From: a virus
Reading direction: 5' to 3' (one strand)
DNA length: 64,000 nucleotides
IMG/VR virus record: IMGVR_UViG_3300023184_000081
Span: 1-64,000 of that record
Under the pieces are notes generated by a model that was given only the letters and a program-made list of their open reading frames with translations, was not told where the DNA came from and ran no database searches. This document shows, in pieces, positions 39,413 through 49,630 of the stretch (position 1 is its first letter; every line of letters starts with the position of its first letter). The position numbers and the translations under genes were made by a program.

Positions 39413-39831
39413 TGAAACTGTTAACAACAATCATACTTATTTTTTCTTTAAGTGGATGCGCGACTATATCTAATCTTTATGATTCATATTTTATGGCACC
39501 ATATGACACTAATGAACATTTTTTAGTCAATAAGATTAAATTTTATTCTGAGTTCTCAAAGAAAAACTGTGCAAATCATGAAGCTGCTAAAAGTTCAGCT
39601 ACAGAGCTCTTTTCATTATCAAGTCAGTTAAAGAGTTTTAGTGGAAATCTTCCACGAAATAAATCGACAATCCAAATGACTGATTCTTTATTCGTGCTCG
39701 TTGATGAACTATACATAAGATATGATACTGCAAAAGAAGTCAACAAAACTTATTGTGAGCTGAAACTACAATCGATTTCGGACTCTGCAAATACTATACA
39801 AAAAGTTATCGCAAAGAGGAATAGACCATGA
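39400..39831 (+). CDS. Lipoprotein
   Basis: Signal peptide with lipobox LSGC. Confidence 0.7.
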   Translation: MELLVKLLTTIILIFSLSGCATISNLYDSYFMAPYDTNEHFLVNKIKFYSEFSKKNCANHEAAKSSATELFSLSSQLKSFSGNLPRNKSTIQMTDSLFVLVDELYIRYDTAKEVNKTYCELKLQSISDSANTIQKVIAKRNRP

Positions 39832-40034
39832 CACCAGAAGAACTAGCAATAAGAGCACAAGACTTAAAACAGATGTTTGAATCTGGAGATTTGAGTAAAG
39901 AAGAATTTAAAGAACTGATTGATAACATAATTATAGTAGAAACAATAAATAATGATGCATTACGACTTGAAGAAAATATTGCAACTCGAGAAATTATTGT
40001 AGGAATTATTGACTTCGCATCGGTGTTAGTATAA
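39828..40034 (+). CDS. Hypothetical protein
   Basis: ATGA-coupled ORF. Confidence 0.55.
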   Translation: MTPEELAIRAQDLKQMFESGDLSKEEFKELIDNIIIVETINNDALRLEENIATREIIVGIIDFASVLV

Positions 40035-40050
40035 TATGAAAAAATAACCC

Positions 40051-40079
40051 TTGTAATTTAGCTTGTAGTATTATATAAT
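40051..40079 (+). promoter_or_regulatory. Sigma70-type promoter
   Basis: TTGTAA-N17-TATAAT. Confidence 0.65.
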
Positions 40080-40085
40080 GACTGT

Positions 40086-41093
40086 ATGATGACTCTTCAA
40101 ATTGATCAAAGATATATCGGGCTAATATCAGCCAAACTCCCTCTATTCAAGAAAAAAACAGAACGACTGTATAATTGTCGTTGTGTCTTTTGCGGCGATT
40201 CTAAAAAGAATCGCCTTCGTTCTCGGGGATATCTTCTAGAGTATAAGGGCAGTTTTCTTTTTAAGTGCCACAACTGTAATGTTGCAGTCTCATTAGATAA
40301 ACTAATTGAACATTTAGATCCTAGTCTACAGCGTGCGTATCGCTTAGAAAAGTTCAAGAGTAAACAAAGTAATGATTACACAATAATTCGAAATGATGTC
40401 ATTAAGAATATTGTTATTCCTAGAGTCGATTTGAGTGAGTATGGACTTATTCCTATTTCAGAATTGTCCTCACATCGTGCTCTTTCTTATTTAGAATCTA
40501 GAAAAATTCCAGTAAAATTTTATTCTGAATTGTATTATGTTCCTTCTATGAAAGAGCTAGAAAGATTCAGTCCGATGTATGAAGGAAAACTTTCTAAAGA
40601 AGAAAGAATTGCAATACCATATTATAATAAAGAAAATGAACTTGTAGGTCTAAGTTGTAGATCTATGGGTAATTCTTCATTACGATATCTCACTGTTAGA
40701 AAAACAAATGATCCTCTTGTTTATGGAATTCAAAATGTTGATCTGAATAAAACAGTATTCGTGATAGAAGGTCCATTCGATAGTATGTTCGTCGAAAACT
40801 CTATCGCGCCCGGCGGAACGGATTTCATCAAAGCAACAAACATGATACCAAAAGAAAATGCAGTCTTAGTTTTCGACAATCAGCCTAGAAATAAAGAAGT
40901 CATACAGCGTATGGAAAAAATGATTTCTTTTGGATATAGGATGGTTATTTGGCCTAACACTTGGAACTTCAAAGACATCAATGAGGCAATTATTTCTGGC
41001 ATGAATTCAAAAGACGTAGAAGACGTTCTAAATAGAAACTCCCACAAAGACTTATCTCTAAAATTAGCTTTACGAAATTGGAAAAAAATATGA
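40086..41093 (+). CDS. gp61: DNA primase gp61
   Basis: CVFCGDS…CHNC zinc finger, EGPFDSMF, DNQPRN, KDINE. Confidence 0.95.
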   Translation: MMTLQIDQRYIGLISAKLPLFKKKTERLYNCRCVFCGDSKKNRLRSRGYLLEYKGSFLFKCHNCNVAVSLDKLIEHLDPSLQRAYRLEKFKSKQSNDYTIIRNDVIKNIVIPRVDLSEYGLIPISELSSHRALSYLESRKIPVKFYSELYYVPSMKELERFSPMYEGKLSKEERIAIPYYNKENELVGLSCRSMGNSSLRYLTVRKTNDPLVYGIQNVDLNKTVFVIEGPFDSMFVENSIAPGGTDFIKATNMIPKENAVLVFDNQPRNKEVIQRMEKMISFGYRMVIWPNTWNFKDINEAIISGMNSKDVEDVLNRNSHKDLSLKLALRNWKKI

Positions 41094-41755
41094 CAGTATC
41101 ACTTATATCCTATTCACAACAACCAGAAGGATGTCGCTGCAGCGGAAGTTCGTTGTTAGATATCATAGCATTTTGTGCTCGTGTTTCAAATCCAAGTAAT
41201 CAAAACAATACTGAAACGAATGAAAAACTTATTCGATATCTGATTAAGAATAATCATTGGTCTCCATTTGAGATGGTCACTGCTTGTTTAGAAATCACAA
41301 CGACTCGTGATATTGCACGTCAGATTCTTCGTCATCGCTCTTTCAGCTTTCAAGAATTCAGTCAGCGTTATGCAGATCCAACAAAAGATTTGAATTTCGT
41401 GACACGTGAAGCACGATTACAAGATTCTAAGAACAGACAGAATAGTATTGAGACTAATGATATTGCTCTAAATTTGAATTGGGAAACACAACAGAGTTAT
41501 ATTATGGACGCAGCGATTAAAACATATCGTTGGGCTATAGACAAAGGAATTGCCAAGGAACAGGCTCGCGCTGTTTTGCCAGAAGGACTGATCGAATCGA
41601 AATTGTATATGACCGGATCTATACGTTCTTGGATTCACTATATACAACTACGAAGTGGTCCTGAAACTCAAAAAGAACATAGACAAATTGCTTTGGAATG
41701 TGCAAACGCCTTAGGACCAATTTTTCCGATGATCACTGAATTTGTAAATCAATAA
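41090..41755 (+). CDS. thyX: Flavin-dependent thymidylate synthase
   Basis: HWSPFE, RHRSFSFQEFSQRY, ARAVLP, TQKEH. Confidence 0.96.
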   Translation: MTVSLISYSQQPEGCRCSGSSLLDIIAFCARVSNPSNQNNTETNEKLIRYLIKNNHWSPFEMVTACLEITTTRDIARQILRHRSFSFQEFSQRYADPTKDLNFVTREARLQDSKNRQNSIETNDIALNLNWETQQSYIMDAAIKTYRWAIDKGIAKEQARAVLPEGLIESKLYMTGSIRSWIHYIQLRSGPETQKEHRQIALECANALGPIFPMITEFVNQ

Positions 41756-41776
41756 CAACAATATTGGAGTTAAAGT

Positions 41777-43561
41777 ATGTCGGAGATTAAGATAGACTAT
41801 TCGCGTGACAATTTATTCGATGAGCTAGGTATCAAGAGATTAAAAGAATCATACATGAAGAAGGGTGAGGAATCTCCTCAAGAAAGGTTTGCATATGTAT
41901 CCAAAATTTTCGGAAGCAATCCGGATCATGCTCAACGTCTTTATGATTATTCTAGTAAGCATTGGTTATCTTATTCTACTCCCGTTCTTTCTTACGATCA
42001 TACTGGTCGTGGGCTTCCTGTTTCATGCTATCTTAATTATATTGAAGATACTGCGGAAGGTTTAGTAGAGAATCTATCAGAAACAAATTGGCTTTCTATG
42101 ATGGGGGGTGGTGTTGGAATCGGTTTTGGTATTCGCAGTGCTGGCGATAAGTCTACTGGTGTTATGGCTCATCTTAAAATTTACGACGCTAGTTCTTTGG
42201 CATATCGCCAAGGTCGCACTCGCCGTGGGTCTTATGCTGCTTATCTTAATATTAATCATCCCGATATTATTTCTTTTCTTGATATGCGCAAGCCTACTGG
42301 CGATCTGAACATTCGTTGTCAGAACATGCATCATGGAATTAATATCACAGACGACTTTATGCAGATCATTGAGAACTGTATGATTAATCCGGAGTTCGAT
42401 GATAAGTGGGATTTAGTCGATCCTCACTCAAAAGAAATTCGTGATACAGTATCAGCGAAAGCTCTTTGGCAAAGCATATTGGAAATGAGAATGCTAACTG
42501 GAGAGCCATACATTCATTTCATTGATGAGTCTAATCGTAAACTTCCGAAGTGGCTTAGTGACAGAGGACTTCGTGTTCATCAATCGAATCTATGCTCAGA
42601 AATCATTCTTCCGACGAATGAAAAGAGAACTGCGATTTGTTGTCTTTCATCATTGAATCTAGAATATTTTGACGAATGGAAAAGTAATAAACAATTTCTG
42701 AGAGATGTTGCTGAGATGTTGGATAATGTTCTTCAGTGCTTCATTGATAATGCGCCTAAAGAAATTAAACGCGCAAAGTATTCAGCGCAGCGAGAACGTT
42801 CAATAGGAATTGGTGCTCTTGGATTCCATGCGTATCTTCAGAAAAACAATGTTCCATTTGAGAGCGCATCAGCAAAGAGTAGTAATTTGAAAATGTTCAA
42901 ACACATTCGAAAAGGATTAGATATAGCTAACTTAGAATTAGGAACAGAGAGAGGATCTGCTCCAGACGCAGAAGGAACAGGTCTTAGACTATCTCATCTA
43001 ATGTCAATTGCACCAAATGCATCAAGTTCAATTATTATGGGAAATACATCTCCATCAATTGAGCCATTCAGAGCCAATGCGTATCGTCAGGATACGATGT
43101 CTGGCGCTTCTCTGAATAAAAACAAATATCTAGATAAAATTATAAAGGATAAATGTGATGCCGATAAAAAGATGGACTACAACGAAATCTGGTCATCCAT
43201 CATCGCAAATGACGGTTCGGTCCAACACCTTGACATTCTCGACGACTGGCAGAGGGATGTTTTCAAAACAAGTATGGAGATCGACCAAAGATGGATTGTG
43301 GAACATGCAGCTGACAGACAGAGTTACATTGATCAGTCGCAATCCCTTAACCTATTTTTTCGGCCAAACTCCAACATAAAGTATATTCATGCAGTTCATT
43401 TTCAAGCATGGAAGCAAAAATTAAAGACGCTGTATTATTGCCGTTCTGAGAAAATTGGTAAGGCTGATAAAGTTGCTAAGAAAATTGAACGACAAGTGAT
43501 CGATGAGATTGATCTGAAACAACTTGTCGAAGGTGATTCCTGTTTGGCTTGCGAAGGATAA
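41777..43561 (+). CDS. nrdA: Class Ia ribonucleotide reductase alpha subunit (no ATP cone)
   Basis: SCY, SNLCSEI, APNASSS, DQSQS, TLYY, C-terminal CLAC. Confidence 0.95.
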   Translation: MSEIKIDYSRDNLFDELGIKRLKESYMKKGEESPQERFAYVSKIFGSNPDHAQRLYDYSSKHWLSYSTPVLSYDHTGRGLPVSCYLNYIEDTAEGLVENLSETNWLSMMGGGVGIGFGIRSAGDKSTGVMAHLKIYDASSLAYRQGRTRRGSYAAYLNINHPDIISFLDMRKPTGDLNIRCQNMHHGINITDDFMQIIENCMINPEFDDKWDLVDPHSKEIRDTVSAKALWQSILEMRMLTGEPYIHFIDESNRKLPKWLSDRGLRVHQSNLCSEIILPTNEKRTAICCLSSLNLEYFDEWKSNKQFLRDVAEMLDNVLQCFIDNAPKEIKRAKYSAQRERSIGIGALGFHAYLQKNNVPFESASAKSSNLKMFKHIRKGLDIANLELGTERGSAPDAEGTGLRLSHLMSIAPNASSSIIMGNTSPSIEPFRANAYRQDTMSGASLNKNKYLDKIIKDKCDADKKMDYNEIWSSIIANDGSVQHLDILDDWQRDVFKTSMEIDQRWIVEHAADRQSYIDQSQSLNLFFRPNSNIKYIHAVHFQAWKQKLKTLYYCRSEKIGKADKVAKKIERQVIDEIDLKQLVEGDSCLACEG

Positions 43562-43562
43562 T

Positions 43563-44897
43563 ATGGCATTTAATACAGAAAGTTTTTGTCCGGAACTATA
43601 TAATGCGATCGAAATCGACGAGCAAGGTGATTTCAAAATATGTTGTCTAGCTAACTCTGATGAAAATTTTGGCGTGGCGATGACTCAAGATGGCGTTAAG
43701 ATGAATATCATGACACATTCTATTTACGAAGCGATCAATAGTCCCACACACAATGCTCACAGACTTCTATTGAAGGATAATATAAAACCTGAAAGATGTA
43801 AGACCTGTTATCAGGAAGAAGCTGCGCATAGAATTGCTGGCGGTACGCACGATTCGACAAAGCGTCTTGTGAATCTATCAAGAGATTATTATGTAAAAGC
43901 TGATCAAGCACACGATTATACAAATCAAGATGGATCGTTGACATATCTCTCAAAAATTAAAATGTTAAGTCTTCGTTTTGGAAATTTTTGCAACTTTAAG
44001 TGTATTATGTGTAGTCCAAAACACAGTCATTTGTGGGCAGATGATCATGTTAAACTATATGGAACTAGAGAATTCGATAAAGGAAATAGTATTTATGAAA
44101 TACCATTAAATGAGAGAGGAAAGCTAGACGCAAAATCATTTCCATGGTGGGAAACGGATCAGTGGTGGAAGAAGTTCGATTCAGTGATTCCGACTTTGAG
44201 TTCTATGTATTTCACTGGCGGAGAACCATTTTTGATTCCGGCAATGGGTAAATGTTTGGATCGACTTATAGAAGCAGGAGTTTCAAAAGATATAACTCTA
44301 CAATATGACAGCAATATGTCGGTTATTAACGATAATATCATACAGAAATTTGAAAAGTTTAAAGGTATTTCTATTGCAGCCAGCGTCGATGATATAGAAG
44401 AACGATTCGAGTTAATTAGAGATCCTGGAAAATATGATGTTGTATTAGATAATATCAAAAACATTTTATCTATGAAAGAGAAAAAACATAACATCAATAT
44501 CAATATGACAATTACAAGTTGCATTGGAATAGCATCACCTTATGTAACTTCTAGAATAATTCCTCTAGCAGAAGAACTAAACTGTGATACTTTTTTTAGA
44601 TATCTAGAAGGGCCGAAATGGCTGAGTTTGAAATATATGTCACCTGGTTCCAAACTTCAAATGATTCGCGAACTAACTTCTATGAAAAATTCAGCATCTA
44701 AAGATCTAACAAAACATATTTATCAAACTCAAATTAATTTCTTGCATAAGTTTATGGATCTGCATGATCCGATATTAATTCAAACCTTTGTCATTAATAT
44801 GGACAAATTAGATAAACTACGAAATCATGACTGGAAGAAAACATTACCAGACGTCTACGAACTACTTTATAAATATTCACCAGAAGCATTTGAATGA
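43563..44897 (+). CDS. Radical SAM protein with N-terminal SPASM/twitch-like Cys cluster
   Basis: CNFKCIMC, FTGGEP; N-terminal C…CC…CxxC. Confidence 0.88.
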   Translation: MAFNTESFCPELYNAIEIDEQGDFKICCLANSDENFGVAMTQDGVKMNIMTHSIYEAINSPTHNAHRLLLKDNIKPERCKTCYQEEAAHRIAGGTHDSTKRLVNLSRDYYVKADQAHDYTNQDGSLTYLSKIKMLSLRFGNFCNFKCIMCSPKHSHLWADDHVKLYGTREFDKGNSIYEIPLNERGKLDAKSFPWWETDQWWKKFDSVIPTLSSMYFTGGEPFLIPAMGKCLDRLIEAGVSKDITLQYDSNMSVINDNIIQKFEKFKGISIAASVDDIEERFELIRDPGKYDVVLDNIKNILSMKEKKHNININMTITSCIGIASPYVTSRIIPLAEELNCDTFFRYLEGPKWLSLKYMSPGSKLQMIRELTSMKNSASKDLTKHIYQTQINFLHKFMDLHDPILIQTFVINMDKLDKLRNHDWKKTLPDVYELLYKYSPEAFE

Positions 44898-45148
44898 AAA
44901 CATATATTCATGTGAATCAAAATGTTATACGATCAAATAAGAAATACGATGCTAATGATCCGATAATAACAGTCAAGCAAGGATCAAAAAATACTTATGG
45001 TCATGAAGTAATCATCAACGGTCCGTCGAGAGTTGTATATAGCAAAGACAATCCTCTCTCTTGTGGTGCAAGAGTTTGGATTGAAACGGAAAACGATGTA
45101 ACAATATTGGGAGCAGCAAAGTATGAGCGCAGGAAAAGTAAAAACTAA
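44894..45148 (+). CDS. Conserved phage hypothetical protein
   Basis: IHVNQ, PLSCGARVWIET. Confidence 0.7.
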   Translation: MKTYIHVNQNVIRSNKKYDANDPIITVKQGSKNTYGHEVIINGPSRVVYSKDNPLSCGARVWIETENDVTILGAAKYERRKSKN

Positions 45149-46118
45149 ATTAACGGATTCGCGGGATCACTTCAAACCTTTCTCATACAGCTGGGCGTAT
45201 GATGTATGGCTTAAACATGAGCAATCTCATTGGCTACATTCAGAAGTTCCGATGGGAGAGGATGTTAAGGACTGGAAGAAAAATCTCACTAAAGAAGAAA
45301 AACAATTCTTAACTCAGATCTTTAGATTTTTCACGCAAGGGGATCTAGATGTCGCTGGTGGATATGTTGAGAATTATTTGCCGTATTTTAAGCAGCCAGA
45401 AATCCGTATGATGCTACTTGGATTTGCAGCAAGAGAAGCATTGCATGTAGCTGCATATTCTCATCTAATCGAAACATTAGGAATGCCAGATTCTACATAT
45501 GCTGACTTTCTTGAATACAAAGAAATGCGAGAAAAGCATGAATATTTCCTCGAACTCTCAGGAAAGAATGGAACTCTTGAGTCAGTCGCTACTAACATTG
45601 CTGCGTTCTCGGCGTTCACGGAAGGTATGCAACTCTTTAGCTCTTTTATTATGCTTCTTAATTTTACTCGTCATGGTAAAATGAAAGGCATGGGTCAAAT
45701 AATTACTTGGTCTATCGTCGATGAAACCATGCATGCAGAGTCTATGATTAAATTGTTTCGGACGTATATTGAAGAAAATAAAGAAATCTGGAATGATGAT
45801 CTGAAGTCTAAGATTTATGCGATCGCTGAAAAGATGGTAGAACTAGAAAATAAATTTATCGATCTTTCATTCTCGACAGGTGGTATCATTGGTCTTACTG
45901 CAGATGAAGTGAAAGAATACATTAAATATATCGCAGATCGTAGATTAATTTCTATGGGTATGCGAGGAATATTTAAGGTAAAGAAGAATCCATTGCCATG
46001 GGTAGAAGAAATGATCAATGCTCCGACGCATACTAATTTCTTCGAAAATCGTGCTACGGACTACGCCAAGGGAGCTCTTACAGGAGAATGGTCTGATGTG
46101 TGGGCGCGACCCAGTTAG
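45123..46118 (+). CDS. nrdB: Ribonucleotide reductase beta subunit
   Basis: FFTQGD, EALH..AY, EGMQLF, DETMH, NFFE..ATDY. Confidence 0.95.
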   Translation: MSAGKVKTKLTDSRDHFKPFSYSWAYDVWLKHEQSHWLHSEVPMGEDVKDWKKNLTKEEKQFLTQIFRFFTQGDLDVAGGYVENYLPYFKQPEIRMMLLGFAAREALHVAAYSHLIETLGMPDSTYADFLEYKEMREKHEYFLELSGKNGTLESVATNIAAFSAFTEGMQLFSSFIMLLNFTRHGKMKGMGQIITWSIVDETMHAESMIKLFRTYIEENKEIWNDDLKSKIYAIAEKMVELENKFIDLSFSTGGIIGLTADEVKEYIKYIADRRLISMGMRGIFKVKKNPLPWVEEMINAPTHTNFFENRATDYAKGALTGEWSDVWARPS

Positions 46119-46440
46119 GAATAGAAAGATCTCTCAAATAGCTAAGACGCAATCGAACATTCCACATATCATTTTTCATCAGTGGATTAAGTCTGTTATT
46201 CCATTGAAGTATATGTTCAGTTGCTCTAGCGTGAGATCTCTTTTCGAATTCAGCGATTGTTTCTTTTCTGAAGCCGTGTGATTTAGGATTTGTTTTTATT
46301 TCGTCTAAGATGAGCTTTGATGATCCAAAATACTTCTCATACTGGGTTCCACTCTTCGAAGAGAATCCGATATAGAATTTTCCATCTGGCCAGTGCGTCA
46401 CATAGACCTTAAAGATTTTCTTTTCTTTCTTTTTTCTCAT
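46078..46440 (-). CDS. Short GIY-YIG (Seg-like) endonuclease
   Basis: VY…KFYIG…YFGSS, E, N; minus-strand TATAAATA at 46467-46474. Confidence 0.7.
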   Translation of the reverse strand: MRKKKEKKIFKVYVTHWPDGKFYIGFSSKSGTQYEKYFGSSKLILDEIKTNPKSHGFRKETIAEFEKRSHARATEHILQWNNRLNPLMKNDMWNVRLRLSYLRDLSIPNWVAPTHQTILL

Positions 46441-46485
46441 ATATATAATAATGTATAATAATTTGATATTTATAATGGAGTTACA

Positions 46486-47082
46486 ATGAAAATTAATATA
46501 ATTGATTCTGCATCATCAGATGACGAACTTCCAGAACATCTTGGAGGTCATCTAAATAAAACCCATGTAGACGAAGGCGCTCTAGATTTTCTAATTGAAA
46601 ATTTTGATATCGCAACAATGCTAGATATTGGATGCGGTCCTGGCGGAATGCTAGATCTAGCTCACAATCGAGGAATTCATTCTGTTGGTCTAGATGGAGA
46701 CTATACTCTCCCTCGGAGACGGAATGTTCATATTCACGACTTCACGACTGGACCGTTTTTAAATTGGGAAAATAACGATATTGAATTTGATCTCGGCTGG
46801 TCTGTAGAATTTCTAGAACATGTAGAATCTAAATATGTTCCAGTGATCATGCACGCATTTCAACGATGCAAACTTTTGATGGTTACTGCTGCACCTCCTG
46901 GTTATACTGGACATCATCACGTGAACTGCAGAAATCTAGATTATTGGGAAGGTGCATTTAATGCTAGTGGATTCTATTATGATGCAGAAATGACAACAAA
47001 AATCATTGAGGCATCCTCTATGAAAAAACCATTCTTGCAAATGCATGGAATGTTCTATCGGAGATTTCATTATGACAATTAG
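46486..47082 (+). CDS. SAM-dependent methyltransferase
   Basis: LDIGCGPG, EFLEHV, GHHHVN. Confidence 0.85.
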   Translation: MKINIIDSASSDDELPEHLGGHLNKTHVDEGALDFLIENFDIATMLDIGCGPGGMLDLAHNRGIHSVGLDGDYTLPRRRNVHIHDFTTGPFLNWENNDIEFDLGWSVEFLEHVESKYVPVIMHAFQRCKLLMVTAAPPGYTGHHHVNCRNLDYWEGAFNASGFYYDAEMTTKIIEASSMKKPFLQMHGMFYRRFHYDN

Positions 47083-47791
47083 ACTGTTCATCGGAACATC
47101 TGCTAATGGTGAGGATACAGATGCAGAAATGGTATATGAACATTCACTAAGAAAGAACAGTTCTGTTCCCATAGATATCACATGGATGCGTCAAACAAAT
47201 GATAAGTCTAGTGTGTGGGGTGGTTGGGATACTTCTCTATGGCCAACACCATTCAGTGGCTATCGTTGGGCGATACCTGAAGTTTGTAATTTTGAGGGTC
47301 GTGCAATTTACACAGACGTAGACATGATTAATTTCAGAGATCTGAATGAGCTATGGAATATTGATCTTGGAGATAACTGGGTTGGTGCTCGTCTTGGTCC
47401 AAGATTTGGTGGACACGAATTCTGTGTTATGGTTATCGACTGTGCTTCGATGAAAGGAGAGATTGCGTCGATAGAAAGAATGAAAGTTATTCCAGAATCA
47501 CATTCCAGATATATTCGTGCATTCAGCGGAAGTGAAGTTATAAAGAGTATTGATCCAAGATGGAATTGTCTAGACGGAGACGATCTAAAAATAGAAGATA
47601 TGTGGCAACTTCATTATTCTAGAATGAGCACTCAGCCATGGCGTCCCACTTGGTATACTGGAGAAAGTGCTGATCATCCTCGTCCAGAGTTAGTTAAACT
47701 TTGGTTTGATTATCGTGATAAGCTCTTAGAAGAAGGACACAAACCTAATGTAGTCAACAATAGTGTAACATATGATTTTATAGGCAAATGA
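47072..47791 (+). CDS. GT8-like glycosyltransferase
   Basis: FIG, TPFSGYRW.IP, AIYTDVDM, RWN.LD, LHY…QPW. Confidence 0.75.
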   Translation: MTIRLFIGTSANGEDTDAEMVYEHSLRKNSSVPIDITWMRQTNDKSSVWGGWDTSLWPTPFSGYRWAIPEVCNFEGRAIYTDVDMINFRDLNELWNIDLGDNWVGARLGPRFGGHEFCVMVIDCASMKGEIASIERMKVIPESHSRYIRAFSGSEVIKSIDPRWNCLDGDDLKIEDMWQLHYSRMSTQPWRPTWYTGESADHPRPELVKLWFDYRDKLLEEGHKPNVVNNSVTYDFIGK

Positions 47792-48552
47792 TGATAAACT
47801 GGAATGTAATTGGCGAGCGTCCTAGAAAATTTTGTCTATTCACTTCGTGTGATCCTAAGTATCTAGATGCACATGCTCAAGCATATATTTCTTCTTGTGC
47901 TAAAGCTGAAAATAACGTTCATCTTCATGTAATCAATGCAAGTGTGAATGACTGGACATATATGCAAACTCTTAAGATGGGATATAAACTTATGTTCCCG
48001 TCTGGTGAAATGACTATATCTTCAGAGGATACAGATCTACCAACGATCTCTGATGAACAGAAACGAACATATTATGCGTGTAATAGATTCATTTTTGCTT
48101 CTTCAATAATCACTCAGCCAATGTTGATTACAGATATTGACTGTTTGATAATGAAACATATAAATCCTCTGGAAACAGATCTTGGAATATTTCTTCGAGA
48201 GCCACTTCCAGGCGTTAATGACTGGGAGAAAGAAGGATCTAGAGTAGCTGCAGGCGCAGTCTTTGTTAAAGAAACTGCAAAAGAATTTTTAGAAGGCGCT
48301 GCTCAGATTATTCTAGATAACGAATGGAGATGGTTTTTAGATCAGAACGCATTGAATGTTTCGTATCAACATTTCAAAACTAAATACACATGCACTGCGT
48401 TCGGAACAGATTTTATGGATTGGGAATTTATTGACGGAACTACGATCTGGACTGGAAAGGGAGATAGAAAATACAGCAATCCGAAGTATCTTGGTATGAA
48501 GAAACACTATTATGATGCATTTCCTAAACTCTCTGAGGAATATTGGTTATGA
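47788..48552 (+). CDS. Putative nucleotide-sugar transferase
   Basis: YYAC.RF, TDIDC (DxD), AGAV, WFLDQ. Confidence 0.6.
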   Translation: MMINWNVIGERPRKFCLFTSCDPKYLDAHAQAYISSCAKAENNVHLHVINASVNDWTYMQTLKMGYKLMFPSGEMTISSEDTDLPTISDEQKRTYYACNRFIFASSIITQPMLITDIDCLIMKHINPLETDLGIFLREPLPGVNDWEKEGSRVAAGAVFVKETAKEFLEGAAQIILDNEWRWFLDQNALNVSYQHFKTKYTCTAFGTDFMDWEFIDGTTIWTGKGDRKYSNPKYLGMKKHYYDAFPKLSEEYWL

Positions 48553-49547
48553 AAAAAGTTTTACTGCTATCGCCCAGATTAGATTGCATGTTTAAGAAGG
48601 GTCCGGTTCCTTCTGAAATCGGCTCAATCGCACCAATCAGAAAGCACTGGAGGAATTTTATAGAACGAGTCATATCTGAATATTCCAACAGAACTGATGT
48701 TTCATTTAAAGTTCTAGAACTGCCGCTCTGGCAGTTCACTCCAGAACTTGTTAATGAACTCAAGCCTGATATTGTATTCGTTCCGCATAAAGAAGCGCAC
48801 AGCTTTCCTGTAGAAAACTGCGAAGTGTATTACTATATGCAAACTGCATTTCCGTGGATGTTTTCAGTAGATCGAAAAGGATGGGGTGCTGGATCATCTA
48901 AATATCCGTTCGACCGCAGATATATCGGCACTGCTCAAGACGCATATAACGGAGCCGACATATTTAACATGCTTCAAAGTCGCATGAACGACAATCAGAG
49001 TAAATTTGAACAGCCAATTTATCAGAGCAGAGAAAAGATAAATCTACCTGATTACTACGCATTTTTCCCCTGTCAGATTCCACACGACGAAACAATTAAG
49101 TTTCATTCCGACGTCACTGTGGAAGAAGCATTAGAAAGAACTTGTATAGCGACTCAAGAAATAGGAATGAATTTAGTTGTAAAAGGTCATCCTGTCAATC
49201 CTGGTAGTATGCAATCATTAAAAGAAATCGCCAAAAAATATCTGCATGTTACTTGGTATGATGATGTATCCATCCATCAATTGATTCAGACTGCTCGCTG
49301 CACAGTGACAGTAAACTCTGGCGTCGGATTCGAATCTCTTTTGCATAAAGTTCCAGTTGTAACATTCGGAAGATCAGAATATGACTGCGTTACATATAAA
49401 GTGAATAGCAATACAGATCTCGCAAAAACTATAAAATTAGCAAGCCATAGCGTTTTCAACTATGAAGAAGTATGTGATTTCTACAATAACTGGTGGAAAT
49501 ATTGTTACGACTCAAAGAACGGAGATGATTTCACGAAACTGCCATAA
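48549..49547 (+). CDS. Capsule-polysaccharide (KpsS/KpsC-like) glycosyltransferase
   Basis: Q.PHD, VKGHP, TVNSGVGFESLL. Confidence 0.75.
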   Translation: MKKVLLLSPRLDCMFKKGPVPSEIGSIAPIRKHWRNFIERVISEYSNRTDVSFKVLELPLWQFTPELVNELKPDIVFVPHKEAHSFPVENCEVYYYMQTAFPWMFSVDRKGWGAGSSKYPFDRRYIGTAQDAYNGADIFNMLQSRMNDNQSKFEQPIYQSREKINLPDYYAFFPCQIPHDETIKFHSDVTVEEALERTCIATQEIGMNLVVKGHPVNPGSMQSLKEIAKKYLHVTWYDDVSIHQLIQTARCTVTVNSGVGFESLLHKVPVVTFGRSEYDCVTYKVNSNTDLAKTIKLASHSVFNYEEVCDFYNNWWKYCYDSKNGDDFTKLP

Positions 49548-49553
49548 TAAATC

Positions 49554-49582
49554 TTGACAATTCATTATAAATAGGGTATAAT
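49554..49582 (+). promoter_or_regulatory. Composite promoter: sigma70 promoter with late TATAAATA inside its spacer
   Basis: TTGACA (49554) … TATAAATA (49566) … TATAAT (49577), 17-nt spacer. Confidence 0.75.
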
Positions 49583-49630
49583 ACGTGTTCGAATGAAGTT
49601 CCTTTTTAAATTAAAAGTATTGGAGAAAAT

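Noticed and set aside
18991-46118. Introns or inteins in gp43, gp41, nrdA, nrdB or thyX
   Set aside because: All are continuous and of normal or compact length, with no intein splice motifs seen
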